Positions 1-8,369 of a stretch of DNA of 27,971 nucleotides are shown here, piece by piece (the first letter of the stretch is position 1; each line of letters opens with the position of its first letter). The position numbers and the translations under genes are program-made. A model generated the notes under the pieces. That model made no database searches. It was not told where the DNA came from and saw nothing but the letters and a program-made list of their open reading frames with translations. Source of the DNA: Campylobacterota bacterium (lineage in GTDB: Bacteria > Campylobacterota > Campylobacteria > Campylobacterales > Sulfurimonadaceae); NCBI GenBank assembly GCA_034717975.1, contig JAYEMF010000130.1, forward strand, positions 40,428 through 68,398, in the 5' to 3' direction.

Positions 1-7
1 AAAATAT

Positions 8-34
8 TAAATAAATTTTGGGTTTTGCCGATTA
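8..34 (+). promoter_or_regulatory. sigma28 (FliA) promoter
   Basis: TAAA (8-11), exactly 15 nt spacer, GCCGATTA (27-34); matches the TAAA-N15-GCCGATAA consensus, directly upstream of flgM. Confidence 0.85.
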
Positions 35-77
35 TTATCTTTAGTAGAAATCCCCACTTGGGATAAAAGGAAAAATA

Positions 78-284
78 ATGATTTCGCAAGTCAATGCTGG
101 CACGATACGCAATGCTTATCAAAACAGTGAAACCCGACAAAAAGATGAGAAAAAAGATGTGGCTACCGTCTCCGAACAGGGAGACATGAGCAAAGTCGAT
201 CAGATCAAAGCATCGATCGAAAACGGAGAGTATCAGCTTAATCTTCAGGCCTTGGCCAACAAGATCGCTGATGAACTTCTCTAA
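78..284 (+). CDS. flgM: anti-sigma28 factor FlgM
   Basis: 68 aa with C-terminal KVDQIKASIENGEYQLNLQALANKI, typical of FlgM; AAGGA RBS; sigma28 promoter; precedes flgN/flgK. Confidence 0.9.
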   Translation: MISQVNAGTIRNAYQNSETRQKDEKKDVATVSEQGDMSKVDQIKASIENGEYQLNLQALANKIADELL

Positions 285-307
285 GTAAGAGAATTTAGGA
301 GTTAGGT

Positions 308-736
308 ATGTTGTCCCGTTATCTTGAAAATGCACTCAAAGATCTGAAAGACCTTATTGTTCTGTCTGAAAAAGATATCAGTGATATCAAAGAGGCAAAG
401 CATGATGCTCAGTTTGATCGCATGTCACTTAAAGAAGAGAAAATTAAAAGTTTTGAACAGAAAAAAGCGATGATCGATCATGAGATCTCGAAACTGATGA
501 CAGCACAACCTGACAAACAACTTCCCGAACTCCTTAATGAAGAGCAGCATAAGCAGCTCGAACAGCTCAAAACAGAGCTCTCCCATCTGCGTGAGGTCAA
601 TAAATATTATGCCAAAATGGTTTTGGGTGTGGGCGCTTTTTACAACTCGCTGCTTGAGCGTGTTGTTCCCACAGAGATGCAAGGCTACAATAAAGTAGCC
701 TCCAAAGACCCGTCATTCCTGGAAGTGAGAGCGTAA
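308..736 (+). CDS. flgN: flagellar export chaperone FlgN
   Basis: 142-aa helical/coiled-coil protein between flgM and flgK; AGGAG RBS; call rests mainly on position and size. Confidence 0.75.
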   Translation: MLSRYLENALKDLKDLIVLSEKDISDIKEAKHDAQFDRMSLKEEKIKSFEQKKAMIDHEISKLMTAQPDKQLPELLNEEQHKQLEQLKTELSHLREVNKYYAKMVLGVGAFYNSLLERVVPTEMQGYNKVASKDPSFLEVRA

Positions 737-737
737 G

Positions 738-2621
738 ATGGCTTCGATCTTCAATGCCCTGCATATCGGTTACAGTGGATTAAATGCCTCGCAGGTAGGG
801 ATCAATACTACCGGGCATAATATCTCCAACGCTGAAACCGAAGGTTATACACGTCAACGCGTATCGACCGCCGCTGCGACACCTATTACGATTGTGCCGG
901 GTGATCGCGGTAACGGTGTCGTCGTCCAGGATATTTTGCGCGTATTTGACTCGTTTGTCTATGACCGTTATACCAAAACGGCAGAAGACAAAGAGTACTC
1001 TGACTTTACACGCGAGACAATGGAGACGTTGTCGACCTATTTTCCAGAAATCGAAGATGTAGGGATCAAAGCGGATCTTCATACCTACTTTGACCTCTGG
1101 CAGTCGTTTGCCGACAACCCTGAGAACAATGCGATGAAGATCGCTTTAGCTGCCCAGACAGAGACGCTCTCCCTAAACATTCAGCAGACACGTGAAGAGG
1201 TGCGTGGACTCCAGGATCAGTTAAATGACCAGCTTAATACGGCGATCAGTGAAGTCAATCGCATCGGTGCAGAGATCGCTGAGCTCAACAAAGCCATTGA
1301 GACATCAGAGTTGGGTTATCTGAACAATGCCAATGATCTGCGCGATCAGCGTAATCTCCTGGAACTTTCACTGGCAAAACTTATCGGTTCCGATGTCTTT
1401 GGAGGTGAGCTCGTCTCCGATATGTCAGTCGACCGCCATGTGGCAGAAAATGCAGAGCATTACAATGTGCATATCGGCGGGTTCAATTTTGTTGACGGTG
1501 TGACCTTTCACCCCATAGGCATCACCAATGAATTTAATCCGGAAGGTTTTCACGATCTCTATTATGAACGACAGGATGGTGTACGGATTCCGTTCTCTTC
1601 CGAGATCCAGGACGGCAGGGTGGGTGCCATCCTCGATATGCGCGGATCGGCGCTGGATGAAGTCACAGGTACACCTGTTGATGGAACACTGCAGGATGTC
1701 TTGAATCAGCTCGACGCTTTTGCTGCAGGTTTGATCGAATCGACAAATAATCTTTATGCGCAGAGTGCTACGCAAAGTATGCAGTCCAATTCACTTGAGC
1801 TCTCAGAAGATATGCCGCTGGTAAACAGTGATCTCAATTTCAGTGAGGGGACATTTGATGTCGTTGCTTATGACATTGACGGCAATGAGACAGCGCGTCG
1901 CACTATTATAATCGATCACCAGACAGCGATGGGTGATTCTTCTTTATATGAAGGTGACGTTGGTTTCGATCCGAGTACTATTATTGGTCAGTTGAGAGTC
2001 AATAGCGACGACAATGATGACAACAACGCCATCAACGATATTGATGATCTGCTTCAAAGCAGTTATTCGGAAAATGGCGGATTGAGTATCAGTGTAAAAG
2101 ATCCATCCAGCGGATATACCTTTGCTGTTCAGGATTCGTCACCGTCTGGTTTTGCCAGCGGAACAAACTTTGCAGGTGCTACAGGACTTCAGCGTTTCTT
2201 TGGCGGCAGTGATGCCAAAAGCATTGATCTGGACTATGCTTTGAAACTGGATACAACCAAAATCAGTGCACATGGCCAGCCCGTCTCCGGTAATAATAAA
2301 GTTGCCCTCGATATGGTCCAGCTTCAGTTTGAAAAGATCAATTTTGAACTGGGATACAATACAATTTCCGATAGCGTTTATGGCTTTTATGATTCGATCG
2401 TAACCTATGTCGGATCAGCTACCAATTCGGCAATCGTCTCCAATGACTCTATCACAGCGCAGTTCAATGCAGTGGAGCAGGAGTATTTTTCGATCTCGAA
2501 AGTGAGTATCGATGAAGAGATGACCAACCTGATCAAATACCAGACTGCCTATGGTGCAGCGGCAAAAGTGATCACGACAATCGATCAGATGATGGACACA
2601 CTGCTTGGTATCAAACGGTAA
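738..2621 (+). CDS. flgK: flagellar hook-associated protein FlgK
   Basis: N-terminal GYSGLNASQVGINTTGHNISNAETEGYTRQRV and C-terminal VSIDEEMTNLIKYQTAYGAAAKVITTIDQMMDTLL axial-protein motifs. Confidence 0.95.
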   Translation: MASIFNALHIGYSGLNASQVGINTTGHNISNAETEGYTRQRVSTAAATPITIVPGDRGNGVVVQDILRVFDSFVYDRYTKTAEDKEYSDFTRETMETLSTYFPEIEDVGIKADLHTYFDLWQSFADNPENNAMKIALAAQTETLSLNIQQTREEVRGLQDQLNDQLNTAISEVNRIGAEIAELNKAIETSELGYLNNANDLRDQRNLLELSLAKLIGSDVFGGELVSDMSVDRHVAENAEHYNVHIGGFNFVDGVTFHPIGITNEFNPEGFHDLYYERQDGVRIPFSSEIQDGRVGAILDMRGSALDEVTGTPVDGTLQDVLNQLDAFAAGLIESTNNLYAQSATQSMQSNSLELSEDMPLVNSDLNFSEGTFDVVAYDIDGNETARRTIIIDHQTAMGDSSLYEGDVGFDPSTIIGQLRVNSDDNDDNNAINDIDDLLQSSYSENGGLSISVKDPSSGYTFAVQDSSPSGFASGTNFAGATGLQRFFGGSDAKSIDLDYALKLDTTKISAHGQPVSGNNKVALDMVQLQFEKINFELGYNTISDSVYGFYDSIVTYVGSATNSAIVSNDSITAQFNAVEQEYFSISKVSIDEEMTNLIKYQTAYGAAAKVITTIDQMMDTLLGIKR

Positions 2622-3423
2622 GCAACTCCCTCTTTTCAGTATCACGATTTTAATTTCAGTGGTACTCTTTGCCTTTGTAGGCGACCTTCTCTATGCAATT
2701 TCTCCCTACGACCTTCATAAAGATGCCATTCTTGTCGCTCCGGGCATGGAGTATCTGTTAGGTACAGACCGTTTGGGACGCGATATGCTTGCACGATTGA
2801 TGGAGGGGGGCAAGGTATCGCTGCTGATCGGTGTCGGCAGTGCGATGGTGGCTTCGTTTATCGGTCTGATCCTGGGGGCTACTGCCGGGTATTTGCGTGG
2901 AAAGGTCGATAAGGCTTTCATTGTGATGGTGGATCTATTTCTTACTTTCCCCACATTTTTCCTGCTTCTGGCACTTGTGAGTTACATTAATGCGTCTGTC
3001 TGGGTACTGATCGTTATCATCTCCATAACGGGATGGATGACAACGGCGCGTCTGATCCGTTCAGAGAGCTTTGCCATTACCTCTCAGCCCTTTATCAAGA
3101 TTCTCAATATCGCCAAAGTCAGCCGTCTGAAAATTCTGCTGAAGTACTATGCCCCTTTGCTGGCCCCCATCTTCTTCGTCAGCTTTACTTTTGGTGTCGG
3201 CGGTGCTATTTTGGCTGAATCCGGACTGAGCTTTCTGGGACTGGGTATCGTCGCACCGCAGATGAGCTGGGGGACAATCCTGAGCAATGGCAAAGAGGTG
3301 ATCGATATCGCCTGGTGGGTCAGTTTTTTCCCGGGTCTGATGATCTTCCTGATCACCTTTTCGCTGATGAATATTTCCAATTATCTGCAGCAGCTTACCA
3401 ACCGTAAGCAGATACAAAATTAA
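2605..3423 (+). CDS. peptide/nickel ABC transporter permease (DppC/OppC-like)
   Basis: LLGTDRLGRDMLARL and ILAESGLSFLGLG...SWG motifs; several TM segments; TTG start overlaps the flgK end, so the start is uncertain. Confidence 0.9.
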   Translation: MVSNGKQLPLFSITILISVVLFAFVGDLLYAISPYDLHKDAILVAPGMEYLLGTDRLGRDMLARLMEGGKVSLLIGVGSAMVASFIGLILGATAGYLRGKVDKAFIVMVDLFLTFPTFFLLLALVSYINASVWVLIVIISITGWMTTARLIRSESFAITSQPFIKILNIAKVSRLKILLKYYAPLLAPIFFVSFTFGVGGAILAESGLSFLGLGIVAPQMSWGTILSNGKEVIDIAWWVSFFPGLMIFLITFSLMNISNYLQQLTNRKQIQN

Positions 3424-3437
3424 AGGATGAGCATAGT

Positions 3438-4460
3438 ATGGCTGAGAACAGAAGTGTAGGTTATTTTTTTATTGTCGCAGCGGCAGTGATAATTGTTCTT
3501 GCCGGTATCAAGACAGCATCTTCAATTATCGTGCCACTGTTGCTGTCTGTCTTTATCGCTATTATACTTTCACCGCTGTTTGAATGGCTTAAGTCCAAAC
3601 ATCTGCCCGATGCCCTCGCCCTGACGCTGGTTATTACGTTTTTTATCGGCCTGGTCAGCCTTGTGGCGATGCTGGTGGGAAATTCTGCACAGGACTTTAG
3701 CGACAATCTTCCTTTATATACCCAGCAGCTCGAGGCACGTTTTAGCGGAATTGTGACTAATCTGGCATCGTGGGGCATCGGGCTCCCTGAAGGTGGATTA
3801 AAACAGCTTTTCGATCCAAATGTCGCCGTCGGCTATGCAGCAGGTATGTTAAAAGGGATGGGTTCAGCACTTACAAACAGTTTCGTGATCTTGCTGATGG
3901 TGATCTTTATGTTGTCAGAAAGCAGGGATTTTGTTCAGAAGATTGTCCGTATGGACGGTGAGGCGATCGGGCAATTTGAAGAAGTCGCCGATAAGATCAA
4001 ACACTATATGGTCCTGAAAGCAGTTATCTCACTTGGAACCGGTGTGACGGTGAGTGTCATGCTGATGGTGATCGGTGTGGATTACGCTTTTTTATGGGGA
4101 GTGGTCGCTTTTTTATTCAATTTTATCCCAAACATCGGCTCGATCATTGCGGCAGTTCCGGTCGTTCTGCTTGCTTTTATCCAATTGGATGCGATCAGTG
4201 CCGGGATCGTGGCAATCGGTTTTCTGGTCATAAATACGCTTTTTGGTTCCGTTATAGAACCGAAGGTGATGGGAAAAGGACTGGGCATATCAACCCTGAT
4301 CGTCTTTCTCTCATTGATCTTCTGGGGATGGCTGCTGGGACCGGTGGGTATGCTGCTCTCTATTCCACTGACGATTATGGCAAAAATAGCCCTTGATGCC
4401 AGACCCAATACCCGCTGGGTCGCAATGCTTCTTGGAGCAGCTGAAGAAGAGAAAGCTTAA
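3438..4460 (+). CDS. AI-2E family (PerM/TqsA/YhhT-like) transporter
   Basis: Hydrophobic 340 aa with FLFNFIPNIGS and FWGWLLGPVGMLLSIPLT family motifs. Confidence 0.9.
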   Translation: MAENRSVGYFFIVAAAVIIVLAGIKTASSIIVPLLLSVFIAIILSPLFEWLKSKHLPDALALTLVITFFIGLVSLVAMLVGNSAQDFSDNLPLYTQQLEARFSGIVTNLASWGIGLPEGGLKQLFDPNVAVGYAAGMLKGMGSALTNSFVILLMVIFMLSESRDFVQKIVRMDGEAIGQFEEVADKIKHYMVLKAVISLGTGVTVSVMLMVIGVDYAFLWGVVAFLFNFIPNIGSIIAAVPVVLLAFIQLDAISAGIVAIGFLVINTLFGSVIEPKVMGKGLGISTLIVFLSLIFWGWLLGPVGMLLSIPLTIMAKIALDARPNTRWVAMLLGAAEEEKA

Positions 4461-4494
4461 CCAGTCAGCTTCTAGGCGGCTTAATTACGCTTTT

Positions 4495-5679
4495 CTAACC
4501 CTTGATCACTTTGTTACGTCCCTGTTTCTTTGCCTTGTAAAGTCCGTTGTCTGCACGTTTCATTACACTGAACGGGTCTTTGTCCTCACGCTCTTTTTCT
4601 ACAACGCCGGAGCTGATCCGGATATGGACGGTTCTGTTTTTACCTTTTTGCTTACCTTTGGTATTTCTGACGGTAAAGGGGGTCGAAGCGATCGTGTGGC
4701 GCAGTTTGTCCATCTCGGTAAACGCATGATCGGCACTTTTGGAGGGGAAGAGGACCGTGAACTCTTCCCCTCCGTAACGATAGGCTTTGCCGCCGCCACC
4801 GACACTGCCGAGAATGGCTGAAACCATCTTAAGAACGTCATCGCCGGTATCATGCCCATAGGTGTCATTGAACTTTTTAAAATGGTCAATATCGACCATG
4901 GCAAGGGCATACTTCCGGCCAAGTTTAGCCATATCCTCAATAAGTGCCCTGCGGCCGGGAAGATTGGTCAGCTCATCATAAAAGGCAAGCCGGTAGGACT
5001 CTTTCAAAAGTACCCCAAAAACCAGAACAACGACCCCCAGAAAGGCGAGGGCAAGCTGGGGTGTATGGGAGTGGTAATGAAGTCCGGCCATGATCAAAAA
5101 GAAGATGCCGCCAAAAGCACTCTGATAGATGACTTGATGGTGGATAAAGCTCATCAGCAGAAAAAAAAGTAACGTAATCAGTGTGAGGATCAGGACAGCG
5201 TCAGGCAAGGTTGTCCAGTGGGTTAGTTGTTCGTCAAATATGATACTTTCAAAAAACGGAGGGATCTGTGGCGTGGTATACAGCAGAAAAGCAATGAGTG
5301 CGATCTCTGAACCGACAAAGAGCAGTTTGAGAAGCCCCCAGACAGAGAAGAGTCCCCGTTCTTTCAGAAATAGAAAAAGGATCAGGTGCGGTGCAATGAT
5401 GACTGGGAGGAGGATGACAAGGTAGGAAGTTTTTGCCTGATCAAGTACATTGAGTGTCCAAAACAGCAAGATCAGCGGCAACACAATAAAAATGAATCGG
5501 CTGCGGTTGTAGTGCCAGCTGACCCCGACAGCCACTATTGCAAAAATGTAAAAAAATGCCGGGAGCATATCCCAAAAAAGAAGTGGAAGACCGGAATGAT
5601 AGTGGCTCAGCGCAAAGAATACAGTGATGACACCTACAGGGAGAAGCAGATGGATGGCTACAGAACTCGGCGGATTCAA
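4495..5679 (-). CDS. membrane-bound diguanylate cyclase (GGDEF domain)
   Basis: Multiple N-terminal TM helices; YDELTNLPGRR, VDIDHFKKFNDTYGH, RYGGEEF, ADNGLYKAKKQGRN. Confidence 0.92.
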   Translation of the reverse strand: MNPPSSVAIHLLLPVGVITVFFALSHYHSGLPLLFWDMLPAFFYIFAIVAVGVSWHYNRSRFIFIVLPLILLFWTLNVLDQAKTSYLVILLPVIIAPHLILFLFLKERGLFSVWGLLKLLFVGSEIALIAFLLYTTPQIPPFFESIIFDEQLTHWTTLPDAVLILTLITLLFFLLMSFIHHQVIYQSAFGGIFFLIMAGLHYHSHTPQLALAFLGVVVLVFGVLLKESYRLAFYDELTNLPGRRALIEDMAKLGRKYALAMVDIDHFKKFNDTYGHDTGDDVLKMVSAILGSVGGGGKAYRYGGEEFTVLFPSKSADHAFTEMDKLRHTIASTPFTVRNTKGKQKGKNRTVHIRISSGVVEKEREDKDPFSVMKRADNGLYKAKKQGRNKVIKG

Positions 5680-5725
5680 ATACAGTTCTCTGTCTGAATA
5701 GACAAGATCGAAGGATCCATAAGGA

Positions 5726-6901
5726 TCATGTCAGCATATGACCTACGAACTTACTTGTCTCATCAAGGATCTTTCCGCCTCGCCGAAAACCGAGTCCGCA
5801 CGCTTCATAGGCAAAGAAGAGCTCTGCTTTGTAGTGATTGCCATCACTGTCAGTCGGAAGTTCGACATACTCCTGATAAAGAGGTTTATAGTTGGCGTAG
5901 TCGCCATCTGTTGCAGCTGTCTCACTGCCATCAGCACTTAGAATCCTGGTATTGGCCCCGTTTCGGCTGAACATACGGCGTTCGACCTGTGCACCGTTGA
6001 TCGGCTCCAATGATGTTTCAAGAAGGTAAGGTGAATCAGGGTAGAGGTCATTGAGAATTTTCATCATCCCTTTGGACTCAAACAGCATAGTATAGGCAGG
6101 GTTGAGAATGATCGCGTTTTGATTGTTCATGATACTGCCAAGCAAGACGGCCAGCTCTGGTTCATCGGTGCTGATCTCTTCCCAAGGGTAGCGTTTGAAC
6201 CAGTATTCGTACTGTTCATCGTGCGTGTCAAAGATACCCTCTTCGTCGAATTTGACGTTCTGCAGAAATTCAAACCCTGCCTTAAATCCGGCATCCTGTG
6301 CTATTTGATGAAGAAACTTGGCGGTGGTCTCCTCTTCATCACTGCCTTCATGGGAGGAGAAGAGGATCTTCCAACCATCATAGAGTGATTCAAACTGCTC
6401 GGGATCGTCAAAGAGGGTGATGAGTCGGCGCAAGTTGTTGGTGAGTGCATCATAAATGGCATTGAACTGCTGATCTTCATCGATGTTGTTGTGTCTGAGA
6501 AGTTCCCACTGGACAATGGCAGTCTCAAAAAGATCGGTTGGCGTATCGGCATTGAATCCTAGGAGTTTGATCGGTTTGCCAGCGATACCGCCTGCAAAAT
6601 CAAAACGGCCGTAGATGTGCCAGTGGACATCGTTGTCCCAGCTTTTTTTGATTGTTTCGATCAGGCTGACAGGGATGCCAAGTTCAAAAAAGAGGTTATT
6701 TTCAATGACATGGTCAGCTGCTTCGACATACATATCGTAAAGCTCATTGGCAGCGTGATAATAGGCTTCGGCTTCAGTTGCAGTAACATTGACTATCTGG
6801 TCCGTTACAAAAGCAGAACCGTTCTCCGATGTGTGCCAGGAGTAGCCTGCAGCTTGAAGCTGCTCCTGGTTAAGGGGTGTGACAGAGTGGAGTGTAACCA
6901 T
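5726..6901 (-). CDS. glutathionylspermidine synthase family ATP-grasp protein (possibly inactive)
   Basis: HIYGRFDFAGG, FNADTPT, YPWE, LNPAYT and YQEYVELP family motifs; several catalytic positions altered (see findings). Confidence 0.88.
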   Translation of the reverse strand: MVTLHSVTPLNQEQLQAAGYSWHTSENGSAFVTDQIVNVTATEAEAYYHAANELYDMYVEAADHVIENNLFFELGIPVSLIETIKKSWDNDVHWHIYGRFDFAGGIAGKPIKLLGFNADTPTDLFETAIVQWELLRHNNIDEDQQFNAIYDALTNNLRRLITLFDDPEQFESLYDGWKILFSSHEGSDEEETTAKFLHQIAQDAGFKAGFEFLQNVKFDEEGIFDTHDEQYEYWFKRYPWEEISTDEPELAVLLGSIMNNQNAIILNPAYTMLFESKGMMKILNDLYPDSPYLLETSLEPINGAQVERRMFSRNGANTRILSADGSETAATDGDYANYKPLYQEYVELPTDSDGNHYKAELFFAYEACGLGFRRGGKILDETSKFVGHMLT

Positions 6902-6904
6902 TGA

Positions 6905-7471
6905 TCAGCCGCCGTATGAGCCGGTACGGCTACTGCTGCTTCCGGTTTTGGAGCTGCTGAAAAAGCTTTTTTTGCTGCTGGTACCGGTTTTGCCTGTTTT
7001 CGTTCTGTTCTGGTGATAGGCAGAGCGGTTGACTGAGTTGGTATGGCGCTGAAAGTTCTTGTTTCCCATCAAGGCATTGCCGATCATATTCCCCAGGAGT
7101 GAACCTGCTGCAACAGCCAAAATAGTACCGGCAAGACCCATACCCCCGCCACTCGGCGCAGCATTGAGTTCTGACTCACCGGATTGCATACGTTCATACT
7201 CCTGACGGGCAAGCTCCTGCATCTCTTCTGAACTCATAAAACGCTCGGAGACATTCCCGTTTTCATCGCGTGTACGGACAATTGCCCGGGTCTCCCCTTC
7301 GGTCGGCATCTCTTCGACAACGATATATTTACCGTTAGCCTGTTCTTCGATAACTAAAAATTTATTTTGAGCCTCTTCCTGAGGGGCTTCGCATCCGGTG
7401 AGGACACTCATTACGGTAACACCGAAGCTCCCAAGCAGAGCTGCTGAGCCTATGGTCGAGATATGTTTCAC
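6905..7471 (-). CDS. UPF0323 family lipoprotein
   Basis: Lipobox-like VLTGC (Cys27), glycine-rich hydrophobic segment GLAGTILAVAAGSLLGNMIG, Ser/Lys/Gly-rich tail ending GG; sits directly upstream of the ATP-grasp gene, as in Campylobacterota. Confidence 0.8.
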   Translation of the reverse strand: MKHISTIGSAALLGSFGVTVMSVLTGCEAPQEEAQNKFLVIEEQANGKYIVVEEMPTEGETRAIVRTRDENGNVSERFMSSEEMQELARQEYERMQSGESELNAAPSGGGMGLAGTILAVAAGSLLGNMIGNALMGNKNFQRHTNSVNRSAYHQNRTKTGKTGTSSKKSFFSSSKTGSSSSRTGSYGG

Positions 7472-7932
7472 GGTTTTAGATCCTTTTTTGAGAGTTTTAT
7501 AATTCTTTGGAGTTCATTATCAAAGATGTAGATATCTTTACGGCCATCATAGTAGATATCACCATGATAGATATAGCGGTCATCTTTGAGGGTCTGTTTA
7601 CGTTCGAGCAGTAGCATTTTCCCGACACTGTTCCCAACCGGAGGGATAAGGGTTGACAGTACGATACCAAACAGTCCTGCAAGGATAATAGCAGTGATTT
7701 TCGGGCGTGAGAAGTAGATGACCAGATAACCCAGTATAGCGCTCATAACGAGGTATAGCAGAAGGCATTGATGATCGGCAAAAAGGATGTTGTAGTAAAG
7801 ATCAGTATCCTCTTTCAGAAAGTCAACCAAATGGTAGTCTATATAGTGAAGCTTGATTCCCAGGAAGAGGAAAAAATCGAGAATAAAGGTAAAAAAGATA
7901 CCGGCCAGAAAGGCCTGGATAAATTTAATCAT
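7468..7932 (-). CDS. conserved hypothetical membrane protein
   Basis: 154 aa, about three hydrophobic segments; 4-nt overlaps with both neighbours. Confidence 0.75.
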   Translation of the reverse strand: MIKFIQAFLAGIFFTFILDFFLFLGIKLHYIDYHLVDFLKEDTDLYYNILFADHQCLLLYLVMSAILGYLVIYFSRPKITAIILAGLFGIVLSTLIPPVGNSVGKMLLLERKQTLKDDRYIYHGDIYYDGRKDIYIFDNELQRIIKLSKKDLKP

Positions 7933-8363
7933 CGTAACTTTCTCCTTTTTCTCTTGCCAAGCAGTTCAATGGAAGAGGGAAGACTCTCTTTGAAGCCTCT
8001 GAAATCTTCCACAATTATATCAGCACTCGCTTCACAGAAACTTCGTTCATACTCCTTGCCGCTTTGATTGGCAGAAGTGGAGTAGAGCCAGCCATAAGGC
8101 CTTAATAAATTGTGGTGTTCGCCGCTGTTTACCACCCGGTACGCATTGCCTTTGATTATAAAAGTTGTTTTCTCTGCCCGCCGAAGATAGCTGCGTTGGG
8201 CTTTTGGAATGCGACCGCCATCTGCTTTAAATGTTTTCCACTGAGCATAGACTTTGAGGAACTGTTTGTGTGAAGGACGCTCTTTGACGCGGATGAGTGC
8301 ATCGGAATTTTTAGAGAGAAAACCGACGGTGGTGTCGGTTTGAGCCAGCAGGACTTTTTTCAT
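7929..8363 (-). CDS. short Sua5/YrdC/TsaC-family protein
   Basis: AQTDTTVG, KERP, YSTSANQSG and PSSI motifs of the YrdC fold, in the compact Campylobacterota form. Confidence 0.85.
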   Translation of the reverse strand: MKKVLLAQTDTTVGFLSKNSDALIRVKERPSHKQFLKVYAQWKTFKADGGRIPKAQRSYLRRAEKTTFIIKGNAYRVVNSGEHHNLLRPYGWLYSTSANQSGKEYERSFCEASADIIVEDFRGFKESLPSSIELLGKRKRRKLR

Positions 8364-8369
8364 GATGGA

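Noticed and set aside
98..113. TGGCACG in flgM as a sigma54 -24 element
   Set aside because: No TTGC at the required -12 spacing.
738..2621. Absence of flgL after flgK
   Set aside because: flgL is commonly unlinked from flgK in Campylobacterota.
5161..5168. A8 tract in the GGDEF gene as a phase-variation site
   Set aside because: Short, in frame, and encodes Leu/Phe in a TM helix; expected by chance.
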